From NCBI GenBank assembly GCA_965262715.1, contig OZ253553.1, forward strand, positions 1,920,001 through 1,984,000: a stretch of 64,000 nucleotides of DNA, given 5' to 3'. This document shows positions 10,255-18,858 of the stretch, piece by piece (the first letter of the stretch is position 1; every line of letters starts with the position of its first letter). The notes below the pieces were generated by a model. The model made no database searches, was not told the origin of the DNA, and saw only the letters and a program-made list of their open reading frames with translations. The position numbers and the translations under genes are program-made. This DNA comes from Bdellovibrionales bacterium. Lineage in GTDB: Bacteria > Bdellovibrionota > Bdellovibrionia > Bdellovibrionales > JAUICD01.

Positions 10255-10332
10255 GAAGCCTGCTATAACTCTAGGTCTTCTTAATATTGTGAAATATAAA
10301 ACTTATTTTGTCAGACTGTTTCAATTAACTTA

Positions 10333-11328
10333 CTAATGTATACGAACAAGGATTCGTCCCCATGTCTTTCTATCTAACATCCTTTGAAAAACTTCGTTTA
10401 AGCCTTCTAATCTAATTTCTTCACTGACAATACTTTCTAGGTTTTGCAATTTCCATTTTTCGCCTAAGTTTTGCCAAACTGTTTTTCTATCACTCATAGA
10501 ACAATTATTAGAACTTGCTCCTAATAAGCTCACACCTCTTAAAATAAATGGCATAACAGTTGTAGAAAAAGAAGGAGATAATGCTAAACCCACAGATGCC
10601 ACATTTCCCCAAGGAACAATATATGGGAGCACCTTTTCTAAAACCTCTCCTCCTAAATTATCAATAACACCTCCAAAAAGTTTCTTGCCCAAAGGACACT
10701 TTTCTAAGTTTAAATCTTCAAAACTAACCACCTTTTTAGCGCCTAAAGATTTTAAGAAATCATGCTTATTTGGCTTACCTGTCATGGCCCAAACTTCATA
10801 ACCTAATGAGGAAAAAAGCAGTGTAGCAAGACATCCTACACCACCTGTCGCACCTGTTACTAAAATAGGCCCTTTATTCACCTCTTGACCATTTCGAGAC
10901 ATTCTTAGTAGACAAAGTGCTGCAGTAAACCCTGCTGTACCAATAATCATACATTCTCTAAGAGTTAAACTCTTTGGTTTTTTAACCACATAAGAAGAGT
11001 CCACATTTACTATCTGAGCATAACCACCATCTGTAAATTCACTTAAGTGACAACCATGAGCCAAAACCTCTTCACCTTCTTGAAATGCTTTATTTGAAGA
11101 TTTGACCACAACTCCAGCACAATCAACCCCTCCATTTAAAGGGTATCTTTTAAGAATAGGAGAGACAGCCAATCCCGCAAGAGCATCTTTATAATTGACA
11201 CTTGAATATTGAACTTGAATTTGTAGATCTGCATGTGTCAACTGTGAAATAGGTATATAAGAAACTTTTCCCTTCTCATTTGCTTTATGTATTCTGTAAC
11301 AAAAAATTTCTTTATCTGAATCTTCCAT
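10333..11328 (-). CDS. YhdH/AcuI-family NADPH oxidoreductase (acrylyl-CoA reductase-like)
   Basis: YSSVNYKDALA, GTAGFTAAL, VTGATGGVG, TVMPFILRGVSLLG motifs. Confidence 0.9.
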   Translation of the reverse strand: MEDSDKEIFCYRIHKANEKGKVSYIPISQLTHADLQIQVQYSSVNYKDALAGLAVSPILKRYPLNGGVDCAGVVVKSSNKAFQEGEEVLAHGCHLSEFTDGGYAQIVNVDSSYVVKKPKSLTLRECMIIGTAGFTAALCLLRMSRNGQEVNKGPILVTGATGGVGCLATLLFSSLGYEVWAMTGKPNKHDFLKSLGAKKVVSFEDLNLEKCPLGKKLFGGVIDNLGGEVLEKVLPYIVPWGNVASVGLALSPSFSTTVMPFILRGVSLLGASSNNCSMSDRKTVWQNLGEKWKLQNLESIVSEEIRLEGLNEVFQRMLDRKTWGRILVRIH

Positions 11329-11469
11329 ATATATTTATTTTGATACATATCTACTACAAATGCCAATGAGTTTTCTTAAAAGTGTATTTTACATGAGTTT
11401 TTTACCAATTCTCTCAATTTGATGTATTCAAAATAAGACAAACCCAAATGACAATAATAATTCAGACTT

Positions 11470-11496
11470 TAAGTCTATCCGCAAAATTTCCGATAA
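11470..11496 (+). promoter_or_regulatory. sigma28 (FliA)-like promoter
   Basis: TAAG-N15-TCCGATAA just upstream of the ATG at 11505. Confidence 0.6.
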
Positions 11497-11504
11497 AATG
11501 CATT

Positions 11505-12845
11505 ATGAACCTAATAGAGAGCCACTTAAATCAATATTTTGGTATACCCAGCTCACAAATTATAGAATGGAGAAACGCCTCTGCCCAAGAAAGTGAATCT
11601 CTAATTCTATGGATACTTAAAAATAAAAAAGTTGATACAAAAAAATATGAAGATTGGTCTTTTAAATATTATAAGATACCTCGTCTAAAAATGAATTACT
11701 TTAAAAAACACCCATTAGATCAAAGTCTTTTAACTCAATATCATATCACCTGGCCGGATCATGTCTTTCCTCTCAAAAAATGGAAGGGTGTCCTTTACCT
11801 TGCTTGCTTAGAGCCAGTTAAAGAAATAAATATATCAGAAGAACTTCAATGGGTTTTAGCTCCCATAGAAGGCATATTGTCATGGAAGGCAAAGATACAA
11901 ACCACTGCATCAAATGTGAGCAACGATGCTCATCCAACAACTAATTTCAAATCAATTGACTTTGGCTCAATACATCTTTCTTCATCAGAAAAACCCGTAG
12001 AAAAAACAGCAAGCCCCACACAAGCACCAACAACTCCTCCTAAAAAAGATATGAAAGACTTTACATTTGATAAAATGAGTGTTCCACCCCCAAGAACAGA
12101 AGAGTTAGAAAAGACAAAACATACTGCAACAGAAAAGCTATCAGAAAATCAAATAAATACAGTTTCTCTATCTCTATTTAAAAAAAAGAAGTCCAATCAA
12201 ACACATCATCCTTTAAACTCTCCGACAGATACATCTAAAGCATCTTCACACAATAATATCCCTACCTCACTAAAAACCACATCAATCCATAAACCTATAC
12301 CTTCTGCGCTCCCTAAAGAACAGAAACAACCTTTACCTGTTATAAAAATAAATTCAAAACCTAATGCACTCCAAATATCAAAAATACATCATAATGAAGG
12401 CACAATGAAGCAAGACCATCTAGCTCAAGAAGATATTTACGATGTCATTTTAAATCGTCTATCTGTGATGTTTGATCAAAGTATGATCCTCATGTTCAAA
12501 AATAGTATACTAAAACCTAAGAAATGGGATAGTTCTTGGGTTAAAGATCCATCAACACATAATGTGATCTTGTTAAATAAACCAAGTGTTTTTCAAATTG
12601 TTTATAAAACAAAACAAAAATATCATGGTTATGTTGCTCCTTGTGCCGTCAATGACATTTTTTTTAAGACATGGAATATGGGAAGATACCCAGAACACCT
12701 TACCTTGTTGCCATTAATAAAGAGAAATACCACAGCAGTCACAGGAATGCTTTTAGGAGCGACATCTAAAGAAAAAGGAGATTCTCTGCTCTTAGACAAG
12801 TTAGACATCTTAGCTTTAGAAGCCTCACAAAAGCTCCTAAAATAA
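11505..12845 (+). CDS. Hypothetical protein with a T2SSE_N-like N-terminal domain and low-complexity linker
   Basis: VFPLKKWKGVLYLACLEP resembles GspE N-terminal domains; P/T/K-rich middle; start moved from 11448 to 11505 because of the promoter position. Confidence 0.65.
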   Translation: MNLIESHLNQYFGIPSSQIIEWRNASAQESESLILWILKNKKVDTKKYEDWSFKYYKIPRLKMNYFKKHPLDQSLLTQYHITWPDHVFPLKKWKGVLYLACLEPVKEINISEELQWVLAPIEGILSWKAKIQTTASNVSNDAHPTTNFKSIDFGSIHLSSSEKPVEKTASPTQAPTTPPKKDMKDFTFDKMSVPPPRTEELEKTKHTATEKLSENQINTVSLSLFKKKKSNQTHHPLNSPTDTSKASSHNNIPTSLKTTSIHKPIPSALPKEQKQPLPVIKINSKPNALQISKIHHNEGTMKQDHLAQEDIYDVILNRLSVMFDQSMILMFKNSILKPKKWDSSWVKDPSTHNVILLNKPSVFQIVYKTKQKYHGYVAPCAVNDIFFKTWNMGRYPEHLTLLPLIKRNTTAVTGMLLGATSKEKGDSLLLDKLDILALEASQKLLK

Positions 12846-12941
12846 CACAGCTTTGTTGCACAAGTATTGACAAATACATAGCATGAAGATCGATTGATTA
12901 TAAGCGAATTGTGGCAGACTTATGAACGACTCGTGACAAGC

Positions 12942-13160
12942 TGTTTCCCTAAAAATGAATCGGCTTTTGTATCACTCAAAATAAACTGACCTCTTGAGGC
13001 GAGCCTCTCGAGGCAAGCCTCTGGTTGTTTTTTGGTAACCAGCCTGACGGTTCATACTACGGGATGTATCCCTGTCAGTAAAATACTGGCTACCTCAAAA
13101 ATCTGTTCATTTTGAGTAGAATAGATATCTCTCATTTTTTTTGCGCAATGTTAAGGGAAA
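12942..13160 (-). repeat. Structured repeat family A, inverted copy
   Basis: Reverse complement matches modules at 55251-55530 and the terminus at 62330-62362. Confidence 0.75.
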
Positions 13161-13256
13161 TGCTTTTATTTCTCAACGGGTGATATAAAACTTTATTTTT
13201 GAAATGGCTTCTAAATATTATCGATGATCTTATTGGTTATAGTTAATGTATTAATT

Positions 13257-14315
13257 CTAATATGGATACCTACTGTAGTTATTGTACTGACCAATTAAAA
13301 CTTGAAAATGAAATTCCTCAGCTTCTTTTATGATATGCTGTCTCAACAATGAAGCTATATTATGCCTATAAAAACTTCCCCTAACTACAAAACCAACGTC
13401 AGCAGATATAAATCCTAATCTTAATGGTTGTTTAGTCCTAAGAATATCTTCTCTATTATTTCTTCTCCTTTGAGGTACCGATGCTCTCTGACCTTGACCT
13501 CTAAAGGTTCTTGGTCGTCGTCTTCTATTGTTCATATTGTCTTCTCTATTGCCGTTTTTAATCACGCTTTTTATAATATCACCTGCCTGTACAGACTTAT
13601 CACCTTGTGGTTGAAGAATAATTTCAAGAGTTGACTTGTCATCTTCTATATCTACAATCCTCGCTATAGCTAAAGAGTCATATTCATTGTTTGCTGTATT
13701 CTGACAATCTTGCTCATTAACTTGTTTAAAATCTCTATTATTTAAGTCATCTTTAGAATAAACAGGTAAAATATCCCCCTTCTTAAGCTCATTAGATAAT
13801 CCAAATGAAATATTAATTTTACCGTCATCGGAAATTTCTTTTATAATGATATTCCATGGTTCATCTTCATCTATTGCTTTTCTTAATTCTTCAAATCCAT
13901 CTCTAATAGTTCTTTGAACTAATGTTGAAAGAGAGCTTAAATAAGGGCTTATATGCCTATAACCCATAGGTACATCCGCCATCTCTGTCCGTGCACCCCA
14001 GTTAAAATCTTTATCCTGGCCCTCACCAATGACAGTCCATTTGATATTCCTATAACCATTTCTGATTGTCATTTGTATTTGCATGCTAGTTGCCGTGTAA
14101 CCAATACCAATACTGAAGGATGGTATAAACTTAGGAATAAAGTCATCAAGCCTGAAACTAGCACCCCCAGTTTGTTCAAGAAATACAATTCTGATATCTA
14201 AGAAGTCTTCCTCACATTGATGGTAAGGGCTATTTGTGAAATTGCTTGTTTTATTATAACAGCCACAAAGTAATAAAGTAAGTAATAGTATCAAACATCT
14301 GTTTTTCTGTATCAT
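13257..14315 (-). CDS. Hypothetical lipoprotein, paralog of 14436-15575
   Basis: Lipobox LCGC; shares C..F.D+..VF..QT.G, +RDG+E.LR and G...++.GD motifs with its neighbour. Confidence 0.75.
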   Translation of the reverse strand: MIQKNRCLILLLTLLLCGCYNKTSNFTNSPYHQCEEDFLDIRIVFLEQTGGASFRLDDFIPKFIPSFSIGIGYTATSMQIQMTIRNGYRNIKWTVIGEGQDKDFNWGARTEMADVPMGYRHISPYLSSLSTLVQRTIRDGFEELRKAIDEDEPWNIIIKEISDDGKINISFGLSNELKKGDILPVYSKDDLNNRDFKQVNEQDCQNTANNEYDSLAIARIVDIEDDKSTLEIILQPQGDKSVQAGDIIKSVIKNGNREDNMNNRRRRPRTFRGQGQRASVPQRRRNNREDILRTKQPLRLGFISADVGFVVRGSFYRHNIASLLRQHIIKEAEEFHFQVLIGQYNNYSRYPY

Positions 14316-14435
14316 AAATATGTCTCTATTACTTTTGCTATCAAATTAAGCACATTAACTTAAACTGCTAATATAATATCTCCTTACAAATAACCAAAGT
14401 GTTACTTTTCTCTTGATAAATCTTTTTTAAGTAAC

Positions 14436-15575
14436 TTAAAGGGCTATGCGAAAATTAAAATCACTAGCTTCTGTTGTTAAAAAATTCTTAATATAAGGAG
14501 TAATAAGCCTTCTGATAGTTCTATTCCTATTATTATAATAACCGCTATTGCCATAACGACCATTATTATTATTGCCATAACCACCATTATTATTATTGCC
14601 ATAACCACCAAGAAAATTACTAAACGAACTAGAGTCATTATGCGGTGTATATGCAATGAAAATATTAGGTATAACACCTAAGCCCAATACATTTTTTTTA
14701 GGAGGTGCACCACTTGCCTGCAGCCTTGATGCAAACTCTGCTTCAGGAGAAAGTTCTACAATATCCCCAACCTGAATGGATCTGCGTCTATTTTGCGCAG
14801 CACTCACTTCAAGTAAAGATCTTTCATCTTTTATCTGTGTAACTGTTGCCGTTGCTAGAGAGGCCCCAGAACGCCTAACAGTATTACAATTATTGTTATT
14901 ATAACCTCCTCCAGGGAAAATATAAAAAACATCTCCTATTTGAACATGATGGGACAGACCTAAAGGAACTATAATCTTATTTCCTTCTGCTTTACTTATA
15001 TTACCCGTTAATTTTTCCTGCCCTAAACTTTCATCTTCTAATATATCTCTAAGTTGTTCATAACCATCTCTGACTGCTTCTTTAATTACATCTGCAATAG
15101 TCCCAGAAGGGTGTTCTGCCCACCTTGTACCAACAGGTATTTGCTTAAAGAGTACTCCAAGATTAAATGTACTGTTTATAGATTCACCAACACCTATAAC
15201 CGGTGGTGGTGATATTGAATTATTATTAAATTGTCGCAAAGTAAATGATAGCTCCAGTCTTATGGTATTTCCTCCAATACCTATTCCAACTCCATCCAAA
15301 GGCTTCAATCTTCTGCCAGTAAGATCAAAAGTAAGATTCTGTCCAGCAGTTTGATCAGAAAATACAGGATGCACATCTATGAAATAATCTGCACACACAT
15401 TACCGTAACCAGCATTAAAATTATTATTTTTACCACCACAACTGATGAAAATTACAGCCGATAATATCAAGAAACTAAACAAGATAAAAAAACTTCTTAT
15501 ACGGGATAGCGAGAGCAGCTTAAGAAACCTGTGACAAGAACTATTAAGCATTTTTCCAAATGTTATCATTTTCAA
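14436..15575 (-). CDS. Hypothetical lipoprotein with GGYGNNNN repeats
   Basis: Lipobox FISC; 379-aa ORF; 24-bp tandem repeats near 14540-14610. Confidence 0.75.
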   Translation of the reverse strand: MKMITFGKMLNSSCHRFLKLLSLSRIRSFFILFSFLILSAVIFISCGGKNNNFNAGYGNVCADYFIDVHPVFSDQTAGQNLTFDLTGRRLKPLDGVGIGIGGNTIRLELSFTLRQFNNNSISPPPVIGVGESINSTFNLGVLFKQIPVGTRWAEHPSGTIADVIKEAVRDGYEQLRDILEDESLGQEKLTGNISKAEGNKIIVPLGLSHHVQIGDVFYIFPGGGYNNNNCNTVRRSGASLATATVTQIKDERSLLEVSAAQNRRRSIQVGDIVELSPEAEFASRLQASGAPPKKNVLGLGVIPNIFIAYTPHNDSSSFSNFLGGYGNNNNGGYGNNNNGRYGNSGYYNNRNRTIRRLITPYIKNFLTTEASDFNFRIAL

Positions 15576-15623
15576 TCTCCTTGTTGTGCTTAATGAAGAT
15601 TATATTTGTTTGTCTTCCTATTT

Positions 15624-15650
15624 CATTCGGACTGTTTGTTTAAAAATTTA
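15624..15650 (-). promoter_or_regulatory. sigma28 (FliA)-like promoter
   Basis: TAAA-N15-TCCGAATG upstream of the lipoprotein pair. Confidence 0.55.
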
Positions 15651-16060
15651 ATACAAAAATATAACTTTCAGAACAAAGTCTAATAAAATAGGTGAAATAT
15701 TTTAAAAACTGATAAACTTAAGTCTTATAGACTAGATAAAAGTAAATGACCTTGCTAAAGCTTAGCCTGTAGGTATTATACTTACTGGACTATGGATTAT
15801 GCTTTATTAAAAGCGCATCATAATTAGGATGTGTTGCTATTTTTAAGATAATATATTGAAGTTACAAGCTATATCTTATTAAGTCTTTATTTTGCTCTGG
15901 CAGTCAGGAAGCAGGTAAGCTGTATCTGTTATCAATAACCTTAAATTTACTTTTCCACTGCTTTATTTGCAATAAGATAAAAATAGAAAAACCTCTATCA
16001 AGATACTTCTTAAAACAGGTAGTTTAAGAGAGTTTTTATTCATCCATAATCTATCCAGTA

Positions 16061-17866
16061 TCAAAGAGAAAGTTCTGGATCAACAAGGCAATAGAGAAAA
16101 TCCCCTTCGATTGGCTTTAAAGGTTTTTTAGGAAGTTCAAGAATAAGCCTCTGGTCTTTAGAAACAACAAACAAAGGTGAGAGCTTATCTTTATAAGCTT
16201 TTAAAAATTCGTCAAATTTGAATTTTTCATCGATCAAAATCTGTTGAAGATGCCACCCCTTAAAGTAACGATCTAATATCTGTTCATACTTGAGATGTCC
16301 CCCAAAAAGCATCCAACCACGATTTGTACTTTCTATCATATTTGAATCTTCTTTTTTATGCATAGAAAGTTGAAAAACATTGTTTTGATCAAAGTCATTT
16401 TTAAATGTATTACAGACAAGCACATTATAAGCATCATTGTCTGTAACAGATAAAATATAATTCATTTCTGTAAGATTTAATGAGTTTTGTGTAGCACTAG
16501 AAGATAGTATCTCTCCTTCAAAAACAGGGATATTTTTAGATCTAGCCTCCTGCAATTTATGCCATGCATGGTCCACCAACAACACAGGAATGTTATGCTT
16601 TTTTAAAACCAGAGCCAGTTCAGTTGTCCAAGGAGAAGCACCCACAATCAGTACCCCTTTTCGACTTTTTGCTGCCAGGCCTAAGGCCCTTGCAATTGTA
16701 CCTAAAGACAATCCATGTAAAACCACAGTAATAAAAACAACGGCAAAGACTAAAGGAGTTAACATTTCTGCACCCTCATACCCTCTATCTATGAGAGTAG
16801 GCGCAAATAGTCCTGCAACAGAAAGAGCAATCACCCCCCTAGGCGCAATCCAGCCAAGAAGTAACCGTTCCTTCCAAGTCAAATCTCCACCAAGTGTTGC
16901 AAGCCATACAGCAACTGGTCTCATCACAAAAAGGACGGCACATAAAAATGCAACACTCCGCCAATTTAAAGCATACAGCTGCTCTTCAAGGTTCAAACTA
17001 GCAGTTAAAGCAATGAAAACACTGGATAATAAAAAAATAGAAATATACTCTTTAAATTGTCTTAATTCATGGATAATACCTAGCTTGACATTACAAAGAG
17101 TAAATCCAAAAGCCGTTACCGCTAAAAGCCCCGCTTCTTCCTGAACCATATTAGCAACACCATAAATCAAAAGGATAAAGCAGAGGATAACAGGAACTTT
17201 TAAAAACTCAGGGCACATTCTTTTTTGAAAAGTGTATTTTATAAAAAATCCACTAGCCACGCCAATAAGAAGAGAGATTAAAATAGCACTACCAATATTT
17301 AAGACAATTTCTAAAGGCGATTTAGAAGTGGTTGCTATAATATAATACTCAAAAATAAATACAGCCAGCAAAACACCTAATGGATCATTAACAACGCCTT
17401 CCCATTTCATCAAAGAGGTTACTTTTGGCGTGAGTTTAATTTGGCGTAGAAGTGGTATAATCACAGTAGGGCCCGTTACTACCAAAATAGCTCCAATAAT
17501 AGAAGAAACAGGTAGCGACAGTCCGGCTATAAAATAAGCACAAGCTGTACCTAACATCCAAGCAATGGGCAAGCCAAATAGCACTAATCTCCCAACACCC
17601 AAGCCCGCCTGTTTAAGTTCAGAAATTTTAAGATTAAGCCCTCCCTCAAAAAGAATAACAGCCACAGATAGTTTAACCATAACTTCCATGATCTGTCCAA
17701 AATCTTTACTAGGTTCTAACCAACCAAAAATAGGTCCTACAAGAAGCCCTATAATAGAAAGTAAAACAATAGCTGGAAACCGAATGCCCCAAGCAACCCA
17801 CTGTGCCATAATTCCTAAGACAATCAAGAAAATAGATTTTTGGATGAGAGAAGCAAAAAGAGTCAC
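16061..17866 (-). CDS. CPA1/NhaP-type cation:proton antiporter with C-terminal RCK/TrkA-N domain
   Basis: Many TM segments; ILFEGGL, TGPTVI, WEGVVNDP, APRGVIA; C-terminal VLIVGA. Confidence 0.9.
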   Translation of the reverse strand: MTLFASLIQKSIFLIVLGIMAQWVAWGIRFPAIVLLSIIGLLVGPIFGWLEPSKDFGQIMEVMVKLSVAVILFEGGLNLKISELKQAGLGVGRLVLFGLPIAWMLGTACAYFIAGLSLPVSSIIGAILVVTGPTVIIPLLRQIKLTPKVTSLMKWEGVVNDPLGVLLAVFIFEYYIIATTSKSPLEIVLNIGSAILISLLIGVASGFFIKYTFQKRMCPEFLKVPVILCFILLIYGVANMVQEEAGLLAVTAFGFTLCNVKLGIIHELRQFKEYISIFLLSSVFIALTASLNLEEQLYALNWRSVAFLCAVLFVMRPVAVWLATLGGDLTWKERLLLGWIAPRGVIALSVAGLFAPTLIDRGYEGAEMLTPLVFAVVFITVVLHGLSLGTIARALGLAAKSRKGVLIVGASPWTTELALVLKKHNIPVLLVDHAWHKLQEARSKNIPVFEGEILSSSATQNSLNLTEMNYILSVTDNDAYNVLVCNTFKNDFDQNNVFQLSMHKKEDSNMIESTNRGWMLFGGHLKYEQILDRYFKGWHLQQILIDEKFKFDEFLKAYKDKLSPLFVVSKDQRLILELPKKPLKPIEGDFLYCLVDPELSL

Positions 17867-17873
17867 AATAGAC

Positions 17874-18458
17874 TCACTGGTTTTTAGACTGGATCCAGCC
17901 AGTCAAGGTTTGAGATAAAGCCCTATCAACAGGAATATCAACTTCCTCTACTTTTTCTTTAGGTACAAAGACAGTATAGCCTCCTAATTGATAGCTCATA
18001 GGCAAATAAACAGCAATGATACCTTTATTGGCCAAAGCTTTTTCATCTTGAAATTCTTTACATGTAACAAGCCCTAAGACTTTTTTATCTCGCCCCACAT
18101 CTACTAAAACAACAGAACTGATATCTCCTCTATCTTGAGAAGAAAAAAATACAATTAAATCCTTTATGGAATCATAAATTGTTTTAATAAGAGGGATTTT
18201 ATAGACAATACTTTCACCCCATCGAAATATCTTTTGAGCAATCCATGCATTCAAAAGTATTCCAACTACAAATATAAACAAAAAAACAAAAATGACACCC
18301 ATTCCTGGCCAATAAGCGATATTAGGAAACAAATATTTGAGAGTTTTACTAGCCAAACCTTCTGCAAATGTCACCAGCCAAACAAAAAGAGCTATAGTGG
18401 CAACAATAGGAATGACTGTGATCAAACCTTTCAAAAAAATCTTTTTAATCCGTCTCAT
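17874..18458 (-). CDS. DUF502-family membrane protein
   Basis: FLKGLITVIP, KIPLIKTIY, AVYLPMSYQLGGYT. Confidence 0.85.
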   Translation of the reverse strand: MRRIKKIFLKGLITVIPIVATIALFVWLVTFAEGLASKTLKYLFPNIAYWPGMGVIFVFLFIFVVGILLNAWIAQKIFRWGESIVYKIPLIKTIYDSIKDLIVFFSSQDRGDISSVVLVDVGRDKKVLGLVTCKEFQDEKALANKGIIAVYLPMSYQLGGYTVFVPKEKVEEVDIPVDRALSQTLTGWIQSKNQ

Positions 18459-18858
18459 TATGGGTTCTCCCTTATTTTTATAAGTTTTTCATGATAAGAA
18501 ATAAGAAGCAAACACTTCTTTAAAAGGGTAGATCATTTTCAAACACAATAGCGATAAAGAACTAAATATATGAGAACTCCACAAATCTAGGCTGCTTATG
18601 GGCTATAGACTCTGTCAAAATCCTTGATATTTTATACTCAAACGACAACAACCTCTAGAATTACTATAATATCCATCATTTGACAAGAAGGTTTTAAACC
18701 ATTTGAATAAAAATTAAGGTATAAGTTATAATATTTAAAGAAATTAAGATAAAAAACAATACAAATAGACAAATTGTAGATAGATACAACAAAGAGAACA
18801 ACACATAAAACATAATGTATAATAAACTATGACTAAACGATTAAAGAGGTAAAATAAA

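Larger units (their letters stand above)
8242..10277. repeat. Hairpin element family B, interrupted by the group II intron
   Basis: Terminal inverted repeats gacctagagttatggcaggtttc (8242-8264) and gaagcctgctataactctaggtc (10255-10277); interior matches 36544-36697. Confidence 0.7.

Noticed and set aside
16590..17144. 184-aa antisense ORF and other short ORFs nested in long genes
   Set aside because: Shadow frames of well-supported genes with no independent motifs
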